Virus record (IMG/VR): IMGVR_UViG_3300016467_000405
DNA: 64,000 bases
Direction: 5' to 3' (one strand)
From: an uncultured virus (IMG/VR IMGVR_UViG_3300016467_000405)
Lineage: Duplodnaviria > Heunggongvirae > Uroviricota > Caudoviricetes
Shown here: one piece after another, positions 1-11,300 of the stretch
Position numbering within the stretch: position 1 is the first letter of the stretch
Layout of the letters: each line of letters opens with the position of its first letter
The notes under the pieces: model-generated
What the model was told of the DNA's origin: nothing
What the model saw: the letters and a program-made list of their open reading frames with translations, nothing else
Databases searched by the model: none
Made by a program: the position numbers and the translations under genes

Positions 1-1092
1 GATACTGCGCCGCGCAGAGAAAAGAGGGAAGAAGTTGCCAGAAGCACTGCACAATGCTTTGAGCCGCGTAGCCCAGACGGACACGCAAGACTGATTGGTG
101 ATTTTGCGCCAACCTTAAATCGTATGGGCGGTGGACAGCGAGAGCCTTGCGTAATAACTGATATATGCGGAACTCTAACCGCTAGATCGGTAACTTCTCT
201 TGGAGCGCCCGAAGTTGATGGTGGAATGTACATTCCAACGACTTATTCAACTCCAGCTATTGGGGATATAAAACAAGATCATGTTGCTTCTTGCATCTCA
301 AGAAACACAGGGGGCGGTGGTGAAACGCAAAACCCCGCATTTATAGTTGATATGGTTGCAAAACCATTCAGAGAAACCGCCGACTGCCTTACGTCAGCGT
401 ATGGAACCAAATGGAATGGAAATGCCAGCGCAGACAACGGCAGTTTGTTTGCCAATCATGGGGTGGCGGTCCGCCGTTTAACACCTGTTGAATGTGAGCG
501 CCTCCAAGGTTTCCCAGACGGCTATACGGACATCAGACCCAAGGGAAAGGACACCCCAGACGGGCCACGTTACAAAGCCCTTGGCAATTCGATGGCGGTT
601 CCCGTCATGCGCTGGATAGGAGAAAAAATAAAAACGATTGACAAGTTATACAAAGTAGATAAACTAACCCTACCTCGCCAATGTGGTGAGAGCCAAATGG
701 AGAAACCGATGACCGAGATTAATTCAGAAAAGCTGGTAGCGATCTACCAGAAGATGTCAGCCAAGCTTTCTGAGCTTGAGCGCCAGCAGGACGAAATCAA
801 AGCGCAGCGCAAGATGGTCTCCGACCAGCTTCTTGAGATTCTCAAAGAAAACGGCGCCGAGAGTATGCGTACCGCTTCTGGAACTTTCTACCGTACGGTG
901 CGCCCGCGCTATACCACGACCGATTGGGACAGCATGTACAAGTTTATTAAGGAGCATGATGCCTTCCATCTCATGCAGCAGCGTATCCATGACTCGAATA
1001 TGAAAACCTTTCTTGAAGAGAACCCAGACATGCTCCCGCCGGGGCTGAACAGTTTGAGTTCGTATACCGTTGGTGTTCGCAAAGCGCGATAG
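1..1092 (+). CDS. C-terminal part of a C5 cytosine DNA methyltransferase (5' truncated by the window edge), reading in frame into the next gene
   Basis: Frame 1 is open from base 1 (DTAPRREKREEVA...). Motif IX RRLTPVECERLQGFP and motif X RYKALGNSMAVPVMRWIG are present. MTase similarity ends at ~nt 640, but the first stop is at 1092. Confidence 0.85.
   Translation, partial: DTAPRREKREEVARSTAQCFEPRSPDGHARLIGDFAPTLNRMGGGQREPCVITDICGTLTARSVTSLGAPEVDGGMYIPTTYSTPAIGDIKQDHVASCISRNTGGGGETQNPAFIVDMVAKPFRETADCLTSAYGTKWNGNASADNGSLFANHGVAVRRLTPVECERLQGFPDGYTDIRPKGKDTPDGPRYKALGNSMAVPVMRWIGEKIKTIDKLYKVDKLTLPRQCGESQMEKPMTEINSEKLVAIYQKMSAKLSELERQQDEIKAQRKMVSDQLLEILKENGAESMRTASGTFYRTVRPRYTTTDWDSMYKFIKEHDAFHLMQQRIHDSNMKTFLEENPDMLPPGLNSLSSYTVGVRKAR
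2..94 (+). CDS. C-terminus of an alternative-frame ORF overlapping the MTase gene (EcoHK31I beta-polypeptide-like)
   Basis: Frame 2 reads ILRRAEKRGKKLPEALHNALSRVAQTDTQD*, a peptide pattern I recognise from ORFs overlapping phage C5-MTase genes. Confidence 0.6.
   Translation: MLRRAEKRGKKLPEALHNALSRVAQTDTQD
638..665 (+). promoter_or_regulatory. Putative sigma70-type promoter
   Basis: TTGACA (638-643), 16-nt spacer, TAAACT (660-665), in an AT-rich patch upstream of GGAG and the ATG at 709. Confidence 0.5.
709..1092 (+). CDS. Conserved phage replication-region protein (coiled coil + TTTDW...LMQQRI...PPGL), 127 aa
   Basis: Own RBS (GGAG 699-702) and ATG at 709. Sequence pattern typical of the small protein preceding SSB-like genes in this phage type. 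Confidence 0.7.
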   Translation: MTEINSEKLVAIYQKMSAKLSELERQQDEIKAQRKMVSDQLLEILKENGAESMRTASGTFYRTVRPRYTTTDWDSMYKFIKEHDAFHLMQQRIHDSNMKTFLEENPDMLPPGLNSLSSYTVGVRKAR

Positions 1093-1102
1093 GAGGATCG
1101 AT

Positions 1103-1333
1103 GTGATTGACGAGCAAAATGTCCCGGCCTATGATGAGCCCCTTGCCGAGGATGACCCGTGGCTGACCACGAGTGAAGTGATGGGGCTACTAAATGTGAG
1201 CCGCTCAACGCTAAATAACTGGCGTAAGACTGGGCGACTCCAAGCCTACCGTGTCGGACTCCGCGCGGTGCGTTACAAACAATCTGAGCTGACGGATTTC
1301 ATCAGCCAAGCCAATACCATAAAGAGGATCTAA
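1103..1333 (+). CDS. Excisionase/MerR-like helix-turn-helix DNA-binding protein
   Basis: WLTTSEVMGLLNVSRSTLNNWRKTGRL...VRY (HTH_17 pattern). AGGAGG RBS before GTG at 1103. Confidence 0.8.
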   Translation: MIDEQNVPAYDEPLAEDDPWLTTSEVMGLLNVSRSTLNNWRKTGRLQAYRVGLRAVRYKQSELTDFISQANTIKRI

Positions 1334-1335
1334 CC

Positions 1336-2274
1336 ATGTCTACTGACATTGCACTTTTTCGTGACAAGAATGCAACCCTTCCCGCTCACCTCACCCGCGG
1401 CGTTGATGAACTCACCAAGTCCCTTATGGGCGGTGGATCTGTTGGCAAGCGCATCTCCATCATGGGCGGCGTATGGCGCATGATTGTTGGCGGCGAAGAA
1501 ATCGCCAAGGTTGAAGATCGTTCACTCGATGTAGTGATCGTGAATGCAGCAGCCAAGAGCAGCCGCACCTATTACAAGGGCGCATATTCTGAAGAAACCA
1601 AGGGCCAGTTGCCGACCTGCTGGTCTAACGATGGCGTTAAGCCGGACCCCAAGTCTGAAACACCGCAGTCAAGCGCATGCGCTACCTGCCCTATGAATGT
1701 TGCCGGGTCTGGTCAGGGTACTTCCCGCGCCTGCCGTTTCAGCCGCCGTCTCGCTATTGTTCTGGCTAATGATGTTGAGAACAGCGAAGTGTTCCAGCTT
1801 GTGCTTCCGGCACAGTCTATTTTTGGTAAGGCAGATGGCGGCAAGATGCCTCTGGAAGCCTACGCCAAGTTCATTGGTGGTCATGGCCTGAGCATCAGTT
1901 CCGTTGTTACCGAGCTCAAGTTCGATACGGCTTCCGCTACGCCTAAGATCATTTTCCGCGCAGTGCGCCCGTTGACCGAAGATGAGATGGAGGTAGCGAT
2001 TGAAAAGGGTCAGAGTCAGGATGCGGTACAAGCCATTACTTACAATCCTGCACAGACCGATAGGCCTGCAAGCCCTGCAGCGGCTAAACCTGCTCCTAAA
2101 GTTGAGGAAGAACAGCCCGTCTTCCGCGATGCCCCCGCACCCAAAGTACAGCCTAAAAAGGCGGTTGAGGAGACCCCGGAAGCTGAAGAACCAGTGGTTC
2201 GAGCTAAGGCGAAGGCAGAACCTGCTAAGGATCTCGAAGATGTCCTGAGTGCATGGGGTGATGACGACGAATAA
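1336..2274 (+). CDS. Putative ssDNA-binding protein with a Cys cluster
   Basis: CWSNDG...CATCPMN...RAC, Pro/Ala/Lys linker, acidic C-terminal tail WGDDDE. Lies upstream of the primase. Confidence 0.55.
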   Translation: MSTDIALFRDKNATLPAHLTRGVDELTKSLMGGGSVGKRISIMGGVWRMIVGGEEIAKVEDRSLDVVIVNAAAKSSRTYYKGAYSEETKGQLPTCWSNDGVKPDPKSETPQSSACATCPMNVAGSGQGTSRACRFSRRLAIVLANDVENSEVFQLVLPAQSIFGKADGGKMPLEAYAKFIGGHGLSISSVVTELKFDTASATPKIIFRAVRPLTEDEMEVAIEKGQSQDAVQAITYNPAQTDRPASPAAAKPAPKVEEEQPVFRDAPAPKVQPKKAVEETPEAEEPVVRAKAKAEPAKDLEDVLSAWGDDDE

Positions 2275-2289
2275 GTTCTAGCCTGTACA

Positions 2290-2318
2290 AGGGGCGGTGT
2301 ATGCCGCCCCTAACTTTT
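2290..2318 (+). terminator. GC-rich hairpin, possible intrinsic terminator/attenuator
   Basis: AGGGGCGG...CCGCCCCT followed by AACTTTT, after the SSB-like gene. Confidence 0.55.
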
Positions 2319-2330
2319 GAGGAGACTAAG

Positions 2331-5303
2331 GTGGACAGGCAAGGATTTTTTCAACAGTTGTTCGGCGAACCCCACGGGGTTATCAACATTCGCGGCATCT
2401 TCTATAAGGGCGCAGCTCTAAATAAATTCGCTACGTCATGGGATGAGGTAGATGAGCACATACAATATTTTGAAGATGAAGGGCGCGAAGTCTATTTCGG
2501 CATCGGTGCCTTAAAGAGTGCCAATGCGGGTGCGGCCAATGTGCTGTACCTCAAAGCTTTCTGTATTGATATCGACTGTGGTGAAGGCAAGCCTTATACG
2601 ACTAAGAAGGACGGCCTCGCTGCGCTCACAAGCTTCTTGAATAATACCGGGCTCCCCATGCCTACGCTGGTGGACTCTGGTAATGGCGTGCATTGCTATT
2701 GGTTTCTGGACCGTGAGATTCATTACGATCTCTGGAAGCCTGTAGGCATGAGCCTTAAAGCCAAGACACAGGAGCTTGAGTTTCACGTAGACCATAGCGT
2801 TACGGGTGACGGCGCGCAGATCATGCGCGTACCGGGTACTTGCAATACCAAGGACAAGGCAAAACCCAAACCTATCCGAGTCCGTAGTGTAGGTCCGGTC
2901 ATTACGTTTGAAGAGTTCGCGGAGCTAATACCTCCAGCGCCTACGCATAGTAGGCCACAAGCCTATAAGGATGAGCTGACGCGCAATCTGGCCGGGGTCA
3001 ATAATGTCTCCTGCAGCTTTGACCTGATCCTGAAGAAGAGCCAAAAGCTTAAAGAGTTCACCACCCGCCAGAAGGTTGTGATCACTGACAAAGACGGAAA
3101 CGAGAGTTTCGAGTACCGCAATAAGGTTATCGAAGCCTGTGCAGGTTGCCCACAGATTAAGTATGCCTACGAGCATAGGACTACGATTGACCACGAGCTT
3201 TGGTATCCGGCACTGACCGTAGCCGCTTTCTGTACGGATCGAGATGAAGCGATCCATACCATTTCAGAAGGGCATCCTACTTACGACTATCATGAAACCA
3301 TCAAGAAGGCTGATTCATTCAACGGTCCTATCACTTGCGATGAATACCGTGCCAAAAACCCAGATCCCTGCAATGGCTGTGGGTACCGCCTTGAGCATAA
3401 GAAAGAAGGCGAATATCGAATCAAGTCTCCCATCATGTTGGGAAAGTACACAGAATTCGCACAGCCCTCTGACAACATTATTGAAGATGTGATCCATGAT
3501 GGGTTCGCAGAACCTGTCACGATTGAAGCTCCGATGTCTTACCCTTCGCCGTGGGCACGGCCTAAGCAAGGTGGGATTGTTCGTAGGGATTTTGACGTAG
3601 AGCAGGCCGAAGACTTGGATGAGCCGGCCGAGACTTTCATCTATGAGAATGATCTCTGGGTGAAGCAGATCCTGATCGATCCTGATTCAGGTGAAGTTCT
3701 GCATCTTGTCCATATCCAGCCAGATGGTCCGGGTAAAAAGCATGTGCTGGAGTTCATCATTCCTTCAGAAGAGATCGCCCGCCGGGAGGCACTACAGAGA
3801 CGGCTTGCATTTTACGGAGTCCATGCCGCCTTCACACCCGCAACGGCTAATCTGCTTCAGCAGTACATCAGAGATTGGGTTTCCAAAATTAAGAAAGAGC
3901 AAGTCAAGCTCTATGCGCGATCACACTATGGCTGGCACGAGGAGGCGTTTGTGGTAGGTAAGAAAGAGTACACCCCTAATCAAACGGCTGTTTACAGTCC
4001 GGCATCTAAGGCTACGGAGGATACCGCAGAGTACCTGATGCCTAAAGGGAATTTGGATCTGTGGCGGCAGATGGCCAATCTATACGGCACTCCGGGAAAT
4101 GAAGCTCGGGCGTTCATCTTCTTTGTCAGCTTTGGCGCTCCGCTCTGCACTTTCCTTAATCAGGGAAGCTGCATCATTCACCTGACCAATAAGGACTCAG
4201 GTGTGGGTAAGTCAACCAATCAGCGTGTATCGGCCAGCACTTGGGGTGACCCCAAGGAGCTCATGCTTCTCAGCACGGATACGGACAACGCCAAGTATCA
4301 GCAGTTCGGTGTCTTTAGAAACCTGCCAATCTACATCGATGAAATCACCAACATGCCGCCTGATCGGCTGAGTGACTTTACATTCCGTGTATCGCAGAAC
4401 CGGGGTAAGCATCGCCAGAATTCGCACAGCAACACGCTCAGAAAGAACACCACGAAATGGGAAACGATCATCGTTACGTCAGGTAACAACAGCCTGTATG
4501 ACACGCTGAAGCAGCACAAGATCAACGTGGCAGGTGAGCTAAACCGCATCATTGAGTTGCCTGTATCCGTGAAGGACTCGCTTTCAATTGAAGAAGCCAG
4601 CTATTGGTACGAACAGGTCCTATTCGATAACTTCGGTCTGGCAGGTGAACTTTACGCTCAGTACCTCGTGGATAATAAAGCGCAGGTCATTGCTATGGTG
4701 AAAGCCACGTATAAACTGTACGCCAGTAAATTTAACTTCAAAACGGAGCATCGGTTCTATCGTGCAGCTTGTGCGGCTGCCTTTACCGGAGCGAGGATCG
4801 CCAAAGAGCTGGGCCTCCATGACATCGATGTTGACCGTGTAGAGCAGTGGGCCGTGCAACAATTGGGCGGCATTCAGACTACGGTTCAAGAGGCCAGCAC
4901 TCAGAACTCCGTGGCTACGCTGGGTCAGTTCCTCAATGCCTACAAGCGCAATGAGCTGGTGTTGAATGCAGGCACGGTAATGGCTGGTGGGCTGGAGCTG
5001 TCACAAGCTCCGACCAAGGACGCGCAGGGCCAACTTGTGATTCGTGTCGAACAAGATACGGGGCGCATGTACATCTCGAAGAGCGTGCTCATGCATTGGT
5101 GTGGTGAACACCGGGTTCACTTCACGGTATTGATCGATGATCTGGATGCTTCAGGATTGTTGGTGAGTAAGGCGCTTCACAAACGTCTGGCGGAAGGTAC
5201 GTCTAGTCCCGGACTCCCTGTCGCCTGCATTTGTCTGGATATGGCTAGAGCTAACAAGATGAGGGATGAGCTTGCTCTAGATGCTCCGATAGGTCTACAA
5301 TGA
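2331..5303 (+). CDS. Primase-helicase (RepB-like primase, Cys-rich domain, DUF927/P-loop helicase)
   Basis: CIDID and DSGNGVHCYW...MRVPGT primase motifs; GCPQI...CDEY...CNGC; Walker A DSGVGKS; Walker B IYIDE. GGAG before GTG at 2331. Confidence 0.85.
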   Translation: MDRQGFFQQLFGEPHGVINIRGIFYKGAALNKFATSWDEVDEHIQYFEDEGREVYFGIGALKSANAGAANVLYLKAFCIDIDCGEGKPYTTKKDGLAALTSFLNNTGLPMPTLVDSGNGVHCYWFLDREIHYDLWKPVGMSLKAKTQELEFHVDHSVTGDGAQIMRVPGTCNTKDKAKPKPIRVRSVGPVITFEEFAELIPPAPTHSRPQAYKDELTRNLAGVNNVSCSFDLILKKSQKLKEFTTRQKVVITDKDGNESFEYRNKVIEACAGCPQIKYAYEHRTTIDHELWYPALTVAAFCTDRDEAIHTISEGHPTYDYHETIKKADSFNGPITCDEYRAKNPDPCNGCGYRLEHKKEGEYRIKSPIMLGKYTEFAQPSDNIIEDVIHDGFAEPVTIEAPMSYPSPWARPKQGGIVRRDFDVEQAEDLDEPAETFIYENDLWVKQILIDPDSGEVLHLVHIQPDGPGKKHVLEFIIPSEEIARREALQRRLAFYGVHAAFTPATANLLQQYIRDWVSKIKKEQVKLYARSHYGWHEEAFVVGKKEYTPNQTAVYSPASKATEDTAEYLMPKGNLDLWRQMANLYGTPGNEARAFIFFVSFGAPLCTFLNQGSCIIHLTNKDSGVGKSTNQRVSASTWGDPKELMLLSTDTDNAKYQQFGVFRNLPIYIDEITNMPPDRLSDFTFRVSQNRGKHRQNSHSNTLRKNTTKWETIIVTSGNNSLYDTLKQHKINVAGELNRIIELPVSVKDSLSIEEASYWYEQVLFDNFGLAGELYAQYLVDNKAQVIAMVKATYKLYASKFNFKTEHRFYRAACAAAFTGARIAKELGLHDIDVDRVEQWAVQQLGGIQTTVQEASTQNSVATLGQFLNAYKRNELVLNAGTVMAGGLELSQAPTKDAQGQLVIRVEQDTGRMYISKSVLMHWCGEHRVHFTVLIDDLDASGLLVSKALHKRLAEGTSSPGLPVACICLDMARANKMRDELALDAPIGLQ

Positions 5304-5348
5304 TCTTGAATTGACTCGTGCATGGGTTGGTTTGTTCATCTCCCAATT

Positions 5349-5380
5349 AAAGCCCCGACTCTCCTCCGGGGCTTCTTTTT
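5349..5380. terminator. Intrinsic terminator between the convergent replication and virion blocks
   Basis: AAGCCCCG (5350-5357) pairs with CGGGGCTT (5367-5374); CTTTTT follows on + and a short A-run precedes it. Confidence 0.7.
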
Positions 5381-5382
5381 GC

Positions 5383-8300
5383 CTAGTCCTTTTCTTCTGA
5401 CTTGGTCCGCAGGGCTTCCAGTTTCTCCACCTGCTTGCGCTTCCTTTCGAGCATAGCTTCGTAGTCACGCTGAATCTTATCCGCGTCTTCGTACTCTTTG
5501 GTGTTCTTCAAGCGTTCGATAGCGGTGTTGGTCTTTGATATTTTGCGCTTGATGCGCTCAGCTTGTTTGGCGTAGCGACCTTCTTCCTTATATTCCGCAG
5601 CCGCTTCCTTATCCCCACGCTTGCTCAAAACCTTAGCCGTATGCCTAACCATGGCCTGTTTGTCAGCGAATTCATAAGCTGCGCTAAGCTCAATACGATC
5701 CGGGTTAGTCAACATGCCACTAATCACAGGCACCTTTTCAGTGAGGTCTCTAAGATCCGCCCGTGCTGTATCGGAACCGAAAACTGCAGCAGCACCCTTG
5801 GCCGTAGAGTCCAGCATGTCATACATGCCGCCAAACATACCTTGACCCAGATGCTTGACCGAAGCGGGAGAAAGTACGCCTGCTGAAACAACATCAGCAA
5901 TAGGAGATACCCCCTTGCCGCGCTCCGCCGGAGCGAGAGACGTATCGGCCAGCGGTTTGATTTCTCCTTCTGAAGCTCGGTATCCCGTAATGGATTCCAA
6001 GAGCAGCATAGGCAGATAAGGCAGGAAGAGATGATCCAGACCCGGAGGTGCAAGGTCACGCCAGATAGAGCTTTTGAGCGTAGCCGTATAGTCCTTGTCT
6101 CGATCCAACCCGTACCAATTGCGGACCCACATCTCAGGGCCAAGTTTGAACAGGGTGTTAAGCTCGAAGGGACCCTTGGCCTTAACCATACGGCCTTTCT
6201 TCGTTTCAAAAGAATCAGGGATAGGAATCAGCCAGTTCGCGGACCATTCATCAGGATCAGCATTTCTATAGTCTTCGGAGAGCTCGCAACGGATCGCGGT
6301 AATAGCCGCGGAGAACGCCATCATAGCGGCAGCGTGCCCTATGAAAGTAGTCCTGAGCCCTGCAATCGTTTTACCCTTGGCATGGGGGTCCATGCCGTAA
6401 CCTGTCGCGTGGCGGATGATCGCATCCATACCTTGCGCCCAAGAATTGAAGAACGGCGTAGCCTGAGTGATGTACTGCACCGTAGCGTTCCGACCACGGT
6501 TAGCGAAGTTGATCATCTCACCTACGTGAGTGATAGCTGCATCACGCGCAGCGTCCCCCCGCAATGGGGTACCAGTAAGCTCACCACTTTCAGCGCGTGC
6601 CAGAGCTTTACGCATGACCGCTACTTTCGCTGCGGCATCAGCGTACTCATGAATTCTCATGACAAGATCTCTGGAGTCTTTGTAGCTTTTAGCCAGCCCC
6701 TTTGACGCTTCCAGCTTACCTTTCTCCTTGATCAGATCGCGGAGGTATTCGTGGGAACCTGATACACCCTGTGCCTTCAATTCACGGTAAAGCTGCGCTG
6801 CGCTGGTATCCACATTCGGAAGTTCTGAGAACAACAGAGATGCGAACTCTTTGCCCGTATGGAAAGGCGTGATGATACCTGCGCGAGAGGTGAACGTAGC
6901 CATAAAAGGCTCACGAACAAGCTGGTTCCACCAGTACTTGGGGTTAACCAGCATAGCCCGACTAGCAAACTTCGTGGTGTCAGTGATCCAATCAGGAACT
7001 GGCAGGTTGTGTACCATCTCAAACGCTTCATAGAGCGGACGATCAGGTACATGGTAATAGCGCCGCTTGCCGTCCTTGATAGCCACCACGACATCCAGAG
7101 TCTTAGGCGGCGGTGTAGTGCCCGGCAGTTCTTTAGCGCGCCCCATTTCAGCCAGTGATTCCAACGTACTTAACCGAGCATTGTTATGCAGGGCCATGGC
7201 ACCTGTCCGTGCCTGATGGGTCAAAAGATTCTCGAAGAAACGTACCTGATGCTGACCACCCTTGAGGCCTTTGACTGGCATGACTTTACGCTGACCACCT
7301 TGCAGATACACTGCAGAAGCAGGCATGGCCGCATCCAGATCCTCAATGCTCATATAGAGCGGAGCGTAGTTGTATTTGGCTTCGGTGAACTTCTTATAGG
7401 TCGCGTTAGAGATCACACTCGTGTCACGAAGCAGCTTGGCATTGTTCGTAAGGAGCTCACGGATATCTGAAGCAAGCTGCTTGGTCTCAGGTGTAGACTC
7501 AAGGAATTCACGCGCAGCACGTTCCTGCGCTGGGCTGATATCGTAGATCCTGCCTGATTCATCGCGCTGTGCTTTACCGTACTGGTCCTTGACCGCCTTA
7601 TAGAGGCGTTGCTGCAGAGCGATATAATCCTTACCAGCAGTGTAGTTAGGATTACGGTATTCAGCTTTGGCGGCGTCGAACTCGCGCTGGGCTTTTTCAA
7701 TCTCCCGTTGTACACGCGGGTTGTCTTTCATCTTGCTAGAAAGGCTCTTGAGCGTATCGAGCGTAGCCTTCGTCTTGTCGTAATTGGATTTGGTTCGATC
7801 CAGATAGGCTTGGCCCAGCTTAATCTTACGCTGCGCTTCGTCCATAACCGCTTTCATTTCAGCGCCACGGAGGTTATGCCCTGCCTGTGCCAGAGTCACC
7901 ATGGACTCAGAGAATCGATCTCTAAGGTCTTCAGGCAGCTCCATCACGCGCTTAATCAGCCGATCAGGACTCAGCCTCGGATCAAATACAGCTTCGACCA
8001 GACCCTGAGCATTACGCTTTAGGTAACCATTGTGCAGAGCTTCACTAACAAGATGTGCGTAGCGGGTCTGCTGGGCGATCTTAGCCGTAGCACGGATCTC
8101 ATTGTTCTCATCATAGAGCGGAAGCTTGCCAAGAATGGCTTCCAGCGGTGCGCGTACACTCGCATACTGAGTACGGATCGGAGTATAGAACCGTTCAAAC
8201 CAAGTCTCAGTGTTCGTGTTCCTAACCGCTTCATCAGCAGTATCACCGATAGAGTACATCCGTTCTTTGGGTGCAGCCGCAGGTTCACCCTTCTTGAGAA

Positions 8301-11300
8301 TGGCATCAGCCATGGGGGCGAAGTCATCCGCTTTGAGCCAGTTAGAACTGCCTGTGAGCTTGTGTGCCGTGCGGCGCAGCCATGAGGTGAACTGCTTTAC
8401 AACCGGAAGCTGCGGAGCGTGCTGGGTCAGATAGGCCAGAGCTTCTTCGTGAATGTTTTCTGGAGTCGTGTCTCTAGGCACTCGGTCATAGGCTTTAGCT
8501 ACGGTAGCATCGCCCTGCTCTTTGAGCTTCTGAAGACGGTCAAGGATCGATTGGAACTCAGGATCGGTCTTACCCAAACGCTTTGCATGCACAGCGACTT
8601 CATGGCGCATGAGGCCATGAATGTCTTCATCCTTACCGATGTTATCGGCAATGAGAGCTACCTTCTTAGTGCTGGGATCATAGAACCCTTTGACGTTCGG
8701 CTCTACGCCAGCCTGCTCACGAGTAAGCACTTCCACCTGCGGCGCATTCTTACCGTAGGTTTTGACGATGTGATCGTTGAGGGTCTCGACAGAATGCGCA
8801 GCTTCGGGCGCTACACCACGGGCTTCACGGATATCAGGCTTGGTTGTGTCGAACTTACCTACATTGCCAATGGCAGATTTGATTTGTTCTGGATAAAAGG
8901 CGATGTAACTGTCCTTACCTTTATCTTCATAATTATTTCGGTATACAATCCCATCGTACCCTTCCGCTTTAGCATCAGCTATAACTTTTGACCAATCGTG
9001 TGCTTGATCTTCAACGCGCTTTGGGTTTTTTAGATTGACGTAAGCTTGGGTGAGTGGAACATCATCAGGGGCATCAAGATCCCAATTATTGATCTCCCCC
9101 GCCATATACAGGCGTGCGCTAGCTTCAGATTTGAATCCATTTATTGGCGCTTCTGGAAAAGTATCCTCATCCACAAAATAACGCCCACCTTCTTCAAACA
9201 CATCCTGTGCCGCAACTTCATCCTCTACGGCCTTACCTAAAATGCGTTCTTCTGCGGCGCGTTTTGTTCCTAGATGGAAACCATTATTACCAATGTTCGG
9301 TATAGCGTTTTCGTTTTCATCAAACGCGCCAGAGTGAAATACTCTAAGAGGTCGGCCCTTTTCATCTGTAACCTTAGTCCCTTCAAACCCTTTCCAGAAG
9401 TTCTTTACGCCTTCATCCGTAGTGTGGATACGCTGACCCGTGCTGTCATGCACTGGGCGCTGGACTCCGTCCACATCGATATGCGTGGGCTCTTCAGCCT
9501 TGGCGAACTTGCGGGTTTCGGGGGTTTCTACTTTTACAGAAATAGCGCCACCGGGCTTGCCGGTGTTGATACGGTAATCGATGCGGCCATCTGGGAACTC
9601 ATCATCAATTTGCAATGTTCGTGGGTCTACACGAACTGGCACCGCGGTATCTCCATACCCCGTGTCTGCTTCTTTCCGCGTAGTTAAATATACGTCGGGT
9701 TCAGCGGCGGATTTGAGTCTGTTCGTTTGGCGGATTTGAGCCGCTTTATTGGCGCTCGTATGATGATAAAGAGTGACTGTACCATCCTCATTTAAAGGAA
9801 GACCTGTTGTTTCATCCGTTGCTACTTCTTCCGCCTTGGCGAACTTGACTTCAGGAGCTTTGATCCCTTGTCCGCTTGGTTCCACTCCTTCGCCACCGAT
9901 TGCTTGATCCCTACCTTCTTCGCGAAAGCCGGGTTGTGCGCCGCTGCGGCCATCAGGCGCGCCTGCTTGGGGGATTTGCTGGGCATCTTCTACCTCTTTC
10001 ATTCGCGCTGAAAGCGCATCAAGTTTGTCACCAGACAGGATCTTTGATCCCGCCACAAGTTCTTCAATCCTCGGGTGATCCTCGACATTGTTAATGTCCA
10101 GACCTTGCAGCTTGTTGTACAAGCTGGTCTTCGCCTTCGTCGGCTTAAGACCAAGAATGGATTCGGCAAAATGAGGTTCTGCTACAGGTTCCGCTGGAGC
10201 TTCTCCAAGCGCAGCTTCCTCCACGGTAGGCATGGCCTGCTCTCTGCCACGAACAGTCGGTTCGGGGAGCTCAGCTTCAGGTGCGACCATTTCAGGCGCA
10301 ATGGTTTCAGGTGGAACACCTGCGGCTTCAGCTTGACGGAAAAAGTCTTCACCCGCACGGGCTTGAGCTTCCAAGTCTTCTACAGACTCGACAGGGCCTT
10401 CAGTCGGAGCTAAGGCCTCACCACCTTCTGGTGCAGGTTCAATCGGACGAGGCGCAGCGCCTTCCTGTACTGGAGGAACTTCCGGGGTCCTAACACCCCG
10501 ACCACGCATACCGCCTACGGCCCCAAGTGTTCCACCTGCCAAAACATCAGCAGCCAGCGTGCCCGCATACTCTTCAAGAGCCTGTTCATCAGCAAGGGGT
10601 TGACCCGCAGCCGCACGTTCAATAGCCACAGACGGGACATCAGCAGCCGCAGCGCCTGCAGCGCCTTTCGCAAGACTCTTACCAACCTGACCCGCTACAG
10701 GAGCAAACTTGGTGAATGGCAGTGTTTGAAGAACCGCTTCGGTACCGACAGCGCCGATATTCTGAAGCTCATACGGATCAAAAGGTTTACCCTGCTCATC
10801 ATAGCGTTGAGCCAAACTACCCGTAGCAATAGGTAAAGTAGCCGCACCAAGGCCGCCTACGATAGCGGCTTCAGGAAGAAAAGGCGCAGCCGCAGCCGCC
10901 GCGCCTAACGGAGCAAGTCCTCCTAGCGCCGTACCGCCATAGTACGCAAGCTTCTTGGAAAGAGGGTCAGTAGGAAGCGGAGCTTCTACTTCTTTGGCAA
11001 GCTCTTCCTGCCATGCCTTACCCTTGGCGATCAGCTCTGGGCTTTTAAGAAGTTCACCCGCGCCACGCTCAAATTGAGCACCGACACCTTTAAATGCTGC
11101 GCCCGCGGCTGGAATGAATCCAGTCTTCGCAGCATGCTCTTCAGTCATCCATTCCTGATCGGGAAACTGTTTCTGTAGATTTGCTAATGCGTCCGCGATA
11201 TTTACGCTGTCAGGAATATGCAGCGTTTGGCCTGTAGTCAGTTTGTGCGGGGTAAGCCCTTCAACATCCAAACCCGATGCTCGTATATTGGCAATAGCTT

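Noticed and set aside
1103..1333. Prophage integration module
   Set aside because: Only an HTH gene is present; no integrase, att site or host flanking genes are visible.
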